A DNA stretch of 57,093 nucleotides from Actinomycetota bacterium (GTDB taxonomy: Bacteria > Actinomycetota > Acidimicrobiia > Acidimicrobiales > Microtrichaceae), in contig CAUJEC010000055.1 in assembly GCA_963169245.1 (NCBI GenBank), positions 1-57,093 of the forward strand. Reading direction: 5' to 3'. The notes beneath the pieces were generated by a model. That model was given only the letters and a program-made list of their open reading frames with translations, made no database searches and was not told where the DNA came from. A program made the position numbers and the translations under genes. Positions 33,760 to 43,206 of this stretch are shown here, piece after piece (position 1 is the stretch's first letter; every line of letters begins with the position of its first letter).

Positions 33760-35865
33760 GTGAACCGGAGCGATTCGACGCACCCGACCAGGAGATCTGT
33801 GACGACCCACCCAGAGCTAGAAGCTGAGCAGGCCTACATCGACTCGGCATATGGGTGCCTTGATGCCGCCCGTCAGCGGGTGCTGTCGATGCGTGAGGAG
33901 GTCAGCGACGGCCAGGGCGGTACGTTCCAGAACCGTTTCGAGCGTGATGTCGTGTGGGAACAGGTCGGCATTCGCCTTCGACAGCTAGAACTTGGTGAGC
34001 GTTCACTCGTGTTCGGTCGGGTCGACACAGAACCGACCGACGACGGGGGAGCCACCTACTACATCGGAAGAATCTCGGTCGCGGACGAGTCGGCCAACCC
34101 GGTGGTGGTCGATTGGCGGGCGCCCGTTGCGGAATCGTTCTACAGGGCCACCGGGCTGGAGCCCTTGGGGCTGCGGCGTCGCCGACATTTCGCCACCCGG
34201 GGCCAGGTGCTCCTCGACATCGACGACGAACTCTTCGGCTCAGCGACACGTGCGCTCGATGAAGGGCACGTCCAGGGTCACGGGGCGCTCATCGCCGCTC
34301 TGGAGGACTCGCGTTCGGGCAAGCTGTCCGACATCGTCGGCACGATCCAGGCCGAACAGGACAGGATCATTCGCTCCGAACTGCCCGGTGTTCTCATCGT
34401 CCAAGGTGGACCCGGAACAGGTAAGACCGTTGTGGCGCTACACCGTGCCGCGTTCTTGTTGTACGCACACCGGTTCCCTCTCGAAGGCCAAGGGGTTCTC
34501 GTTGTAGGTCCGAACCGAGTGTTCCTCTCCTACATAGAACAGGTTCTGCCCTCACTCGGTGAGGCTGGAGTGCAGATCGCAACGCTTGCCGATCTGGTGC
34601 CACACGTCCGCGTGAGCGGGCGGGACCCAGTCGATGTCGGACGGGTCAAAGGCGATATCTCGATGATCAAGGTCATCCGCCGTGCCGTGCGGGATCGTCA
34701 ACGGCCACTTCGTGAGACGCTGCGCGTTCCCTACGGAATCCAACGACTTACCCTCACTGTCGACGGTTCGCGCCGGATCATCGACAGTGTCCGCCGACGA
34801 GTGCGGCTCCACAACCTTGGGCGCCGCCACGTCGAGGACCTCTTCTTCGAGGCGCTGCACGCATCGTCGCGCAACGACGACACCCTCGAGACCGTCAGAC
34901 ACAGGCTTCGACGGGACCCGCTCATCGTTGAGGCACTCGAGCGTATGTGGCCGATTCTCACGCCAGCGGAGTTCCTCAACGACCTCTACGGTTCGCGGGG
35001 ACTTTTGCGTTCGGCGGGTGAGAACGTCATCGGTGATGACTGGAAACTGTTGCACCGGGAACGTGAACACGACCCGAACCGGATTGTGTTCACCGCCGAT
35101 GACGTACCGGTCCTTGACGAGGCGCTCGAGTTGCTCGGCCCCAGGCCACGTCACAAGGAAGCCGATCTGATCCGAACGTATGGTCACATCGTGGTCGACG
35201 AGGCGCAGGACCTTTCGCCGATGTCTCTTCGGATGTTGGACCGGCGTTCACTGAACGGTTCGATGACAATCGTCGGAGACATGGCTCAGGCGACCGGAGC
35301 GTGGCCTCACGACGACTGGGAATCGCTGCTCGAGTTCCTACCCGACAGACGGGCACCCAGACGAGAGGAGCTGACCGTCGGCTATCGGGTTCCCGGGCCG
35401 ATCATGGACCTAGCCGCTCGAGTGCTGACGCTGGCGGCCCCCGACCTGGCGCCCCCGACGTCGATCCGTCACAGCGGTGACGCTCCGGTGTTCGTGACCG
35501 CTTCGGTTGAGAGTCTGGGAGCGGAATTGTCGAGGGCAGTGCGCAACGAGATCACTGCAGTGGGATCGGGCAACATCGCAGTCATTGCCCCCGACTCGAT
35601 GGTTGGCGAGATCGACAACATGTTGAGCGCCGGTGGTGTGGCACACGGTGGGGCCACACGTCAGGGTCTTGACCAGCAGGTCACGATTGTCCCGGTGTCA
35701 CTCGCCAAGGGGCTCGAACTCGATTCGGTGATCGTGGTTGAACCGAAACGGATCCTCGATGAACAAAAGCGCGGGGCGCAGTCGCTCTATGTGGCGCTGA
35801 CCCGTTCGACGAAGCGTCTTGTGGTGATCCACACCGGGGTGCTGCCGACGGTACTGGCCGACTGA
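33760..35865 (+). CDS. helD: HelD-like (helicase IV / UvrD-like) ATPase
   Basis: N-terminal VVDWRAPVAESFYRA motif, Walker A GGPGTGKT, HIVVDEAQD, and a C-terminal UvrD-like domain. GTG 33760 follows AGGAG. An alternative GTG at 33799 also follows AGGAG. Confidence 0.78.
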   Translation: MNRSDSTHPTRRSVTTHPELEAEQAYIDSAYGCLDAARQRVLSMREEVSDGQGGTFQNRFERDVVWEQVGIRLRQLELGERSLVFGRVDTEPTDDGGATYYIGRISVADESANPVVVDWRAPVAESFYRATGLEPLGLRRRRHFATRGQVLLDIDDELFGSATRALDEGHVQGHGALIAALEDSRSGKLSDIVGTIQAEQDRIIRSELPGVLIVQGGPGTGKTVVALHRAAFLLYAHRFPLEGQGVLVVGPNRVFLSYIEQVLPSLGEAGVQIATLADLVPHVRVSGRDPVDVGRVKGDISMIKVIRRAVRDRQRPLRETLRVPYGIQRLTLTVDGSRRIIDSVRRRVRLHNLGRRHVEDLFFEALHASSRNDDTLETVRHRLRRDPLIVEALERMWPILTPAEFLNDLYGSRGLLRSAGENVIGDDWKLLHREREHDPNRIVFTADDVPVLDEALELLGPRPRHKEADLIRTYGHIVVDEAQDLSPMSLRMLDRRSLNGSMTIVGDMAQATGAWPHDDWESLLEFLPDRRAPRREELTVGYRVPGPIMDLAARVLTLAAPDLAPPTSIRHSGDAPVFVTASVESLGAELSRAVRNEITAVGSGNIAVIAPDSMVGEIDNMLSAGGVAHGGATRQGLDQQVTIVPVSLAKGLELDSVIVVEPKRILDEQKRGAQSLYVALTRSTKRLVVIHTGVLPTVLAD

Positions 35866-35924
35866 GCCAGGCGGTACTGAGCAGGCGGCCTGATGTGACC
35901 GGGTCTGAGTGTGGACGTTTTGTG

Positions 35925-36608
35925 TCAGGCGGCCTTGTCCGGCCCGGCGAGCACCAGGATGCGATCAGCTGTGAAGGCCTCCAAACCGACGTGACGGCCG
36001 AGGACCTCAACTGTTGCGGTGCCCGCGGGCGAGAGACTGTGTAGGACGCCGGAGTTGCCGGGGAGTAGTTCGTTCTCCTCCAGATAGTCGAGCAGCCCGG
36101 GAGTGAACTCGAGTTCCTCGGGGATCCGATTAATGGTGAAGGTGTCTCCGACCTTCACCTCCGACAGCGGCCGTACGTTGGGCATCTGGTAGCCGGCACC
36201 CGGAATCGGGTTTCCGTGAGGACAGGTTGTGGGCTCACCCAGAACCCGGATGAGGGCACCTTCGACCGCCTCGGAGATGATGTGTTCCCACTTGCCCGCC
36301 TCCTCATGCGCGTCCGCCCAGGGAAGTCCGAGAATGTCGGTGAGGAACCTCTCCGCGAGGCGGTGACGTCTGACCACACGTTCGGCGAGTTCCACCCCGT
36401 TGGGGGTGAGCGCGATGGTGTCGTCGACGGTGATGAGCTTCTCCTGTTCCATGCGGCGGATCATCTCCGAAACGGCGGGGCGGGATACCTCCAGCCGTTC
36501 GGCTATCCGTGCCTGGATGACGCTGATGTCGTCCTCATTGAGTTCCCAGATGGCCTCGCAGTACTCCTCGAATGCCGGATGGAACTCACGTGGCTTGGCG
36601 CTGACCAT
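35925..36608 (-). CDS. DtxR/IdeR-family metal-dependent transcriptional repressor with a C-terminal SH3-like (FeoA) domain
   Basis: RIAERLEVSRPAVSEMIRRME HTH, RRHRLAERFL, and metal-site residues (EEAGKWEH, CPHG). Confidence 0.85.
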   Translation of the reverse strand: MVSAKPREFHPAFEEYCEAIWELNEDDISVIQARIAERLEVSRPAVSEMIRRMEQEKLITVDDTIALTPNGVELAERVVRRHRLAERFLTDILGLPWADAHEEAGKWEHIISEAVEGALIRVLGEPTTCPHGNPIPGAGYQMPNVRPLSEVKVGDTFTINRIPEELEFTPGLLDYLEENELLPGNSGVLHSLSPAGTATVEVLGRHVGLEAFTADRILVLAGPDKAA

Positions 36609-36631
36609 GGAGAGGACTCTAGGCCACCGCT

Positions 36632-39600
36632 GTGACGATTTCTTGGGCGCGTTTCGGCCTGTCAGCCGAGTGCGTGCCGTTCTGGGTCCGTGACTGCGAT
36701 TCGAATGTCACTCGCGCTGAGTACTCTCCGGATGTGCCTTTGGAGCAGTTCTCCGCCGCCACAGTCGAATGGTTCAACTCAAGCTTTCCCGCGCCCACAG
36801 AGGCGCAACTCGGGGCGTGGGGCCCGATCTCTCGTGGCGAGAACACGCTTCTGTGTGCTCCGACGGGTTCCGGTAAGACCTTGGCGGCGTTCCTGTGGGC
36901 GATTGACCGGCTGGGCAATGGTTCATCCGTTGGCCCTGGCACCGGATCCATTCCTGGTTCCCGAGACGTTCCAGCGAGCCAGTCAGGTGTCAAGGTCCTC
37001 TACATCTCCCCCCTGCGTGCCTTGGCCGTCGATGTGGAGAAGAACCTTCGGGCCCCGATTCGAGGAGTCGCTCACGCCGCCGAACGGCTGGGGCTGAAAT
37101 TCATCGAACCCACCGTGGGCGTACGAACAGGCGACACTTCTCCGAAGGAACGTTCCAGGCTGGTCCGTCATCCACCGGACATTCTCATCACCACTCCCGA
37201 ATCGCTGTATCTGATGCTGACCTCTGCAGCGAGGGAGTCGCTCAAGACCGTCGACACGGTCATCATCGACGAGATACACGCGCTCGCGCCCACCAAACGT
37301 GGCGCACATATGGCGCTCTCGCTCGAGCGCCTCGACCACCTGATCCGGTCGAACCGCCCGGAGGGTCGTGAGCCGCAACGGATCGGCCTATCAGCGACTC
37401 AGCGGCCACTCGAAGCCGTGGCCGGGTTTCTGGGAGGTGACCGGAAGATCACCATCGTCGACGCCGGTATCCGCAAAGAACTCGACCTGAAGATCATGGT
37501 TCCGGTCGAGGACATGGCAGCAGAATCAACCATCTGGCCATCCATCCACCCCGAACTGCTCCGCCTGATCCGCGAGCACACTTCGACCCTGATCTTCGTC
37601 AACTCGCGACGGCTCTCCGAACGCCTTGCGGGTGCGCTCAACGAACTCGATTCCCAAGAGCTCGAATCCGAGGTTGACGCGCCCGCAGGCGCGATCGAGA
37701 CTCTGGCCGCCGGAGCCGGAGCCGGAGCCGGAGCCGAGTTGGTGATGGCACATCATGGTTCGCTGTCGCGCGAACGCCGGCTTCAGGTGGAGGACGCGCT
37801 CAAACAGGGTCAACTGGCGGGGCTGGTGGCGACCAGTTCGCTCGAACTCGGAATCGACATGGGTGCAGTCGACCTGGTGGTACAGGTCGAATCGCCCGGT
37901 TCGGTCGCGTCGGGGCTTCAACGTATCGGGCGAGCGGGTCACCAGGTAGGGGCACCCAGCAAGGGGCGGATCGTCCCCAAACACAGCGCAGATCTGCTCG
38001 AGGCGGCGGTGGTGGCGCAACGGATGCGTGACGGGCAGATCGAGTTGACACGAATCCCCGCCAACCCACTCGATGTGCTCGCGCAGCAGATCGTCGCCGC
38101 ATGCGCGCTCGACGAATGGAAGGTGGATGATCTGTTCGCGTTGTTCCGGCGGGCGGCCAACTTCTCGACCCTCTCGCGTGAACTCTTCGAGAACACACTC
38201 GACATGCTCGCCGGCCGCTATCCGGCCGAGGAGTTCGCCGAGTTGCGACCCCGCGTGATCTGGGACCGCATAGACGGAACCATCCATGGTCGTTCAGGAG
38301 CACAACGACTGGCGGTGGTCTCAGGGGGGACAATCCCCGACAGAGGACTCTTCGGAGTCTTCCTGCCCGATGGGAGCCGCGTCGGTGAGCTCGACGAGGA
38401 GATGGTCTACGAGTCGCGGATCGGTCAGACCTTCATCCTGGGGGCATCGACCTGGCGAATAGAGGAGATCACCTTCGAACGTGTTGTGGTCACACCCGCT
38501 CCCGGTCAGATCGGAACGATGCCCTTCTGGCATGGGGATGGGCCCGGCAGGGATGCAGAACTCGGCGCAGCAGTCGGCGCGTTCGTCCGCGAGATTCGAG
38601 CCGACGCGCCCGCGGGCGCGCGTGAACGTCTGAAAACGGTCCACGCACTCGACGATTTCGCGGCAACCAACGTCTTGTCATACATCTCCGAACAGGCGGA
38701 CGCCACCGGAGTGGTTCCAGACGACAGGACGATCGTCATCGAGCGTTTCAGGGACGAGATCGGAGACTGGAGGGTCTGCATCCACTCGCCCTTCGGGGCC
38801 CGGGTGCATGCGCCGTGGGCCATGGTCGTCCGCTCCCGGATCGACAGCCATTTCGACTCTCTGGGCGAACTGAACCCGTCCGAGGTCATCTGGTCCGACG
38901 ATGGAATCGTGATGCGTCTTCCCGAGTCGGCAGACGAGATCCCCATCGAGATGATCATCCCCGACCCCGACGAGATGGACGAGGAACTCCTCGCTGTCCT
39001 CCCATCCACGTCCGCTTTCGCCGCCCGCTTCCGTGAGGCGGCGGCCCGTGCGCTGTTGCTTCCACGTCGTCGGCCCGATCAACGCACCCCGCTGTGGCAA
39101 CAGCGTCAGCGCGCAGCAGATCTTCTGGCCGTCGCGGGCAGGTATCCGTCGTTCCCGATCCTCTTGGAGACGACTCGGGAATGCTGCAACGACGTCTTCG
39201 ACCTGCCGGCTCTGCGCGACATCCTCACCAGGGTGCGCAGCCGTTCCATCCGCGTGGTCCAGGTCGAGACGCAGTCGCCTTCACCGTTCGCAAGGTCGTT
39301 GCTCTTCGGCTGGATCGCGGTGTTCATGTACGAAGGTGACGCCCCGCTGGCCGAGCGCAGAGCGGCGGCGCTGTCCCTTGACCGAGAGCTGCTGCGAGAC
39401 CTGCTCGGTTCGGAGGAGCTTCGTTCTCTGCTCGACGCGGATGTGATCGAACAGGTCGAGCGCGAACTTCAGCGGCTTACAAGCGAACGTCAGGCCCGTG
39501 AGGCCGACGACGTCCATGACCTGCTCCGGGTGCTCGGTCCGCTGAGTCGCGACGAGATAACTGAGCGCGTCCGGGACGACCGGCGGGCCAACGTCGATGA

Positions 39601-41302
39601 GTGGATCTCGCAATTGGAGACCGGCCGCAGGGTCATAACTGTGACTATCGGTGGCCAGAAGAGGTTTGCCGCTGCCGAGGATGCCGGCCGGCTTCGGGAC
39701 GCCATCGGTGTCGCAGTGCCGATCGGGTTGCCGGTCGTGTTCACAGAGTCCGTCGAGCGTCCTCTGGCGGATCTGGCCCAACGGTTCGCCCGGACGAATG
39801 GCCCGTTCACCGCCCAGCAACTCTCCGATCGACTCGCGGTGTCTCCCGAGGCGGTGGCCCTGGTGCTCGCCGACGCCGTTGCCAACGCAAAGCTGCTCGC
39901 CGGTGAATTCCGTCCAGGTCACGTCGAGGCCGAATTCTGCGACCCTGATGTTCTGCGCAAGATCCGGCGCCGCTCGCTCGCAGCGCTCCGACAGGAGGTC
40001 GAACCGGTCACCGCCGCCACACTGACCCGGTTCGTTTCCTCATGGCAGGGGATCCCCGCGACACGCGGGGGTATCGATCTGCTGGTGGATACGATCGGCC
40101 GCCTCCAGGGAGCGGCATTGGGAGCCTCCACTCTCGAGGCGGACATCCTGGGCTCACGAATTGTCGACTACCAGCAGACGGATCTCGATGCTCTGTGCGC
40201 TTCGGGTGAATTGGTCTGGGTCGGTGCTGGGGCTGTCGGTGCCGATGACGGTCGGGTCCGTCTCGCGTTCAGGGACCAGGCCGCAGCGATCATCGGGGCA
40301 TTCTCAAGAGATGTGAGCACCACCTCCGGCCATGAATTGAATGAACCACATCATGAGGTGATCCGGGGACAACTCTCGTCCGCCGGTGCCTCGTTCTGGT
40401 CCGATCTGGTGGCCGCCACGGAACGGGCAGGTGTTCCATCGGATGAAAGGACAGTCCTCGAAGCGCTGTGGGATCTGGTGTGGGCCGGTGTGGTGACAGC
40501 AGACTCGTTCGCACCGCTGCGAGCCCGTGTCGGTGGCAGCCGCGCCCGACGCCCTTCGACCCGAGCGAGCAGCGGAGCGCGTTCCAGACGTGGACCCGGA
40601 GCGAACCGTCGGATTGCTGGACTGGGCCCTCCGGCCGGGTCTGGACGATGGTCCCTGGTCGGGCCGCTGTTGGACGAGAATCCGAACCCGAGCGTCATGG
40701 CCATGACACGGGCACTGCAACTGATCGAACGCTATGGAGTACTTAGCAGGGAGATGGCCCTTGCTGAGGGGATCGACGGTGGGTTCGCCGGTGTCTACCC
40801 GGTGCTCAAGCTTCTCGAAGAGCGTGGCCAGATCCGACGGGGCTACTTCGTCGAGGGACTCGGGGCCGCACAGTTCGCACAGGCGGGAGCCGTTGACCTG
40901 CTGCGGGCCGAACAGGACACATCTGGAGGCTCCGAGAAATATGAGGGCGCGTCCAGAGTGATCGTGTTGGCGGCGACTGACCCGGCTCAGCCCTATGGGG
41001 CCGCTCTGCGGTGGCCGAACTCGTCCGGGTTGCCGTCTCGGTCCCTTGGGGCATACACGCTCATAGGTGATGGAGACCTTGTCGCATATCTGGAACGAGG
41101 TGGACGAAAACTGCTCACCTTCGAGTCCGTGGAGCGCCACGCCGGGTGGGCCAACGCTCTGGCCGGACTCGTCACATCCGGACGGGTCAGGAGGCTCCAG
41201 ATCGCGACGGTCGACGGCGAATCGGCGGCCACATCTCGCTTTGCCGGCGAACTTGTGGCGGCAGGATTCAAGGAGGGATACAGGGGGCTAAGTTTCGGTT
41301 GA
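36632..41302 (+). CDS. lhr: large ATP-dependent helicase Lhr
   Basis: 1556 aa with Walker A APTGSGKT, DEIH, MAHHGSLSRE and a long Lhr-type C-terminal extension. The true start may be downstream (for example GTG 36734), which would leave room for divergent promoters. Confidence 0.9.
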   Translation: MTISWARFGLSAECVPFWVRDCDSNVTRAEYSPDVPLEQFSAATVEWFNSSFPAPTEAQLGAWGPISRGENTLLCAPTGSGKTLAAFLWAIDRLGNGSSVGPGTGSIPGSRDVPASQSGVKVLYISPLRALAVDVEKNLRAPIRGVAHAAERLGLKFIEPTVGVRTGDTSPKERSRLVRHPPDILITTPESLYLMLTSAARESLKTVDTVIIDEIHALAPTKRGAHMALSLERLDHLIRSNRPEGREPQRIGLSATQRPLEAVAGFLGGDRKITIVDAGIRKELDLKIMVPVEDMAAESTIWPSIHPELLRLIREHTSTLIFVNSRRLSERLAGALNELDSQELESEVDAPAGAIETLAAGAGAGAGAELVMAHHGSLSRERRLQVEDALKQGQLAGLVATSSLELGIDMGAVDLVVQVESPGSVASGLQRIGRAGHQVGAPSKGRIVPKHSADLLEAAVVAQRMRDGQIELTRIPANPLDVLAQQIVAACALDEWKVDDLFALFRRAANFSTLSRELFENTLDMLAGRYPAEEFAELRPRVIWDRIDGTIHGRSGAQRLAVVSGGTIPDRGLFGVFLPDGSRVGELDEEMVYESRIGQTFILGASTWRIEEITFERVVVTPAPGQIGTMPFWHGDGPGRDAELGAAVGAFVREIRADAPAGARERLKTVHALDDFAATNVLSYISEQADATGVVPDDRTIVIERFRDEIGDWRVCIHSPFGARVHAPWAMVVRSRIDSHFDSLGELNPSEVIWSDDGIVMRLPESADEIPIEMIIPDPDEMDEELLAVLPSTSAFAARFREAAARALLLPRRRPDQRTPLWQQRQRAADLLAVAGRYPSFPILLETTRECCNDVFDLPALRDILTRVRSRSIRVVQVETQSPSPFARSLLFGWIAVFMYEGDAPLAERRAAALSLDRELLRDLLGSEELRSLLDADVIEQVERELQRLTSERQAREADDVHDLLRVLGPLSRDEITERVRDDRRANVDEWISQLETGRRVITVTIGGQKRFAAAEDAGRLRDAIGVAVPIGLPVVFTESVERPLADLAQRFARTNGPFTAQQLSDRLAVSPEAVALVLADAVANAKLLAGEFRPGHVEAEFCDPDVLRKIRRRSLAALRQEVEPVTAATLTRFVSSWQGIPATRGGIDLLVDTIGRLQGAALGASTLEADILGSRIVDYQQTDLDALCASGELVWVGAGAVGADDGRVRLAFRDQAAAIIGAFSRDVSTTSGHELNEPHHEVIRGQLSSAGASFWSDLVAATERAGVPSDERTVLEALWDLVWAGVVTADSFAPLRARVGGSRARRPSTRASSGARSRRGPGANRRIAGLGPPAGSGRWSLVGPLLDENPNPSVMAMTRALQLIERYGVLSREMALAEGIDGGFAGVYPVLKLLEERGQIRRGYFVEGLGAAQFAQAGAVDLLRAEQDTSGGSEKYEGASRVIVLAATDPAQPYGAALRWPNSSGLPSRSLGAYTLIGDGDLVAYLERGGRKLLTFESVERHAGWANALAGLVTSGRVRRLQIATVDGESAATSRFAGELVAAGFKEGYRGLSFG

Positions 41303-41344
41303 CGCGTCGCCCGCTCGCCAGACTGAACCAACAAGGGGAACACG

Positions 41345-42220
41345 ATGAACGACAGATCGGCAGCGAACAACAGATCGGAATCGAACAACAGAGCGCGATT
41401 CGACCACAAGGTCGTGTTCATCACCGGGGTTGCTCGGGGGCAGGGTCGCGAGCACGCGCTCCGTTTCGCTGCTGAGGGGGCTCGGATCATCGGAGTAGAC
41501 CTCTGTGAGGACCTTCCCGAGACCCTCTACCCGATGGCCACTCCAGAAGATCTGGCAGAGACCGTCAGGCAGGTGGAGAGCTCCGGAGGTGAGATGGTCG
41601 CCCGGACCGCGGATGTGAGGGATCTGCCTTCGTTGCGAGAGGCCTTCGTGGAGGGTTTCGATCGGTTCGGTCGGATCGATATCGTCGTCGCCAACGCCGG
41701 CATCTACACGCCTACGCCGGTGCAGTTCGCGACGTCGGAACAATGGTCAGAGACCATCGACATCAACCTGACCGGAGTCTTCAACACCGTCAAAGTGGCG
41801 GTCCGCAGGATGATCGAGCAGCGCGAAGGTGGTGCGATCGCCATCACCTCGTCGATCGCGGGGCTCAAAGGCATGTACGGGACTGCCGCCTATAACGCCT
41901 CCAAGCACGGGGTGGTGGGCTTCATGCGATCCATCGCCCTGGAACTCGCCCCGCACAGGATCCGGGTCAACACAGTCCACCCGACATCGGTCGACACTCC
42001 GATGATCAACAACGACGTCTTTCCGTCCCTTGTTCGCAGCGACCTCGAATCCCCCAACATGGAAGATGTGGCCGACTTCCTGCGACCGCAACAGCCGCTC
42101 AACATTCCGTGGGTGGAGGCCAGCGACATCTCCGATGCCGTCCTGTGGCTCTGTTCGGACGAGGCGCGATACGTCACCGGCGTGACACTGCCCATCGATG
42201 GAGGGGCGCTGCTCCGCTAG
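41345..42220 (+). CDS. SDR-family oxidoreductase (resembles the mycofactocin-coupled carveol-dehydrogenase-like subfamily)
   Basis: ITGVARGQGREHALRFAAEGARIIGVDLCEDL...YPMATPEDL and YNASKHG motifs. The N-terminus carries an in-frame 18-bp x3 repeat (41347-41400, NDRSAA/NNRSES/NNRARF). Confidence 0.82.
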   Translation: MNDRSAANNRSESNNRARFDHKVVFITGVARGQGREHALRFAAEGARIIGVDLCEDLPETLYPMATPEDLAETVRQVESSGGEMVARTADVRDLPSLREAFVEGFDRFGRIDIVVANAGIYTPTPVQFATSEQWSETIDINLTGVFNTVKVAVRRMIEQREGGAIAITSSIAGLKGMYGTAAYNASKHGVVGFMRSIALELAPHRIRVNTVHPTSVDTPMINNDVFPSLVRSDLESPNMEDVADFLRPQQPLNIPWVEASDISDAVLWLCSDEARYVTGVTLPIDGGALLR

Positions 42221-42328
42221 CGGGCACGACCGCGCAGCCGGTCCCGTCCCGGGCCGCCGTCGTCACCCCTTGACGATCGCTCCAGGACTCGGCAGGTTGG
42301 AGGCTCTGTGGGCAACTAGGTTTCTGGG

Positions 42329-42709
42329 ATGCCCACCGAAGAACACATCAGGTCAGTCATCGAGTCCTACGCCGCGGCGCACAGCAGGAGCGACTCGGCT
42401 GCCATAGGTGAGCTCTTCGCCGAGGATGCTGTTGTGGCCGACCCGGTCGATCAGCCGTCACACTCGGGGCGAGACGCGATCGTTGCGTTCTTCGCGATGA
42501 CCCACACAATCGGCGACGGCCTGGATCTGTCCATCACCGGTCCGATCCGCGCGGTGGGCAACTTCGGAGCTGTACCGCTTCGTGCTGTTACAAGCGTCGG
42601 TGACGATAAGTTCGCGGTGGACATTATCGACGTGTTCACCTTCAACGACGATGGACTCATCACTGACATGAAGGCCTACTGGTCATCAAGTCAGGTCAAG
42701 CCAATCTGA
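42329..42709 (+). CDS. SnoaL-like / NTF2-fold (ketosteroid-isomerase-like) protein
   Basis: 126 aa with the typical N-terminal pattern (IESYAAAHSRSDSAAIGELFAEDAVVADP). Confidence 0.7.
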   Translation: MPTEEHIRSVIESYAAAHSRSDSAAIGELFAEDAVVADPVDQPSHSGRDAIVAFFAMTHTIGDGLDLSITGPIRAVGNFGAVPLRAVTSVGDDKFAVDIIDVFTFNDDGLITDMKAYWSSSQVKPI

Positions 42710-42719
42710 TCGACCACCC

Positions 42720-43106
42720 ATGGGAATCGTAGTCAGCCTGGTGCTGATCCTCATAGGACTTGCCCTGCTCGGACTCAGCTGGCGGTGCTCCCAGGCCGGT
42801 CTCGAGCGGCCCGTGTTCAGTCTCGGATCTCGATCCTCGGATCGGTCTGGGCTCGGCCCGGATGGGGTAGGCCAGGAAGGGGCCGGCCCGCACGGGACCG
42901 GCAAAGGGGCGATTGATCGAGACCAGGTTGATTCGATCAACAGGGCGACAGCCATACCGCTCGGGATCACCGCCGGGGTGACTGCACTCGGTGGACTGGC
43001 GGCGCTGGTCAGCGGATGGGACGTGATCGGAAAGTCAGCGGCCGGGGTGACTGTGGTGATCCTCCTCGGCGGGCTCGGTGCATCGGTTGTGACAGCCCGC
43101 CGCTGA
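42720..43106 (+). CDS. hypothetical small membrane protein (3 predicted TM)
   Basis: Hydrophobic segments at both ends. No recognised motif. Confidence 0.45.
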   Translation: MGIVVSLVLILIGLALLGLSWRCSQAGLERPVFSLGSRSSDRSGLGPDGVGQEGAGPHGTGKGAIDRDQVDSINRATAIPLGITAGVTALGGLAALVSGWDVIGKSAAGVTVVILLGGLGASVVTARR

Positions 43107-43206
43107 TTCTGGGAGCAGCGGTCCACACCTGCGCGTGCGGTCGGCGCGTGGTCAGCGTGGGTGCGTGTGGCCGGTCGCATCTGGCCGGTGTCTGCCTGAC
43201 AGGGGC

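Noticed and set aside
41345-42220. Mycofactocin system
   Set aside because: The SDR resembles the mycofactocin-coupled subfamily, but no mftA-F-like genes (radical SAM maturase, small precursor and so on) occur in the window.
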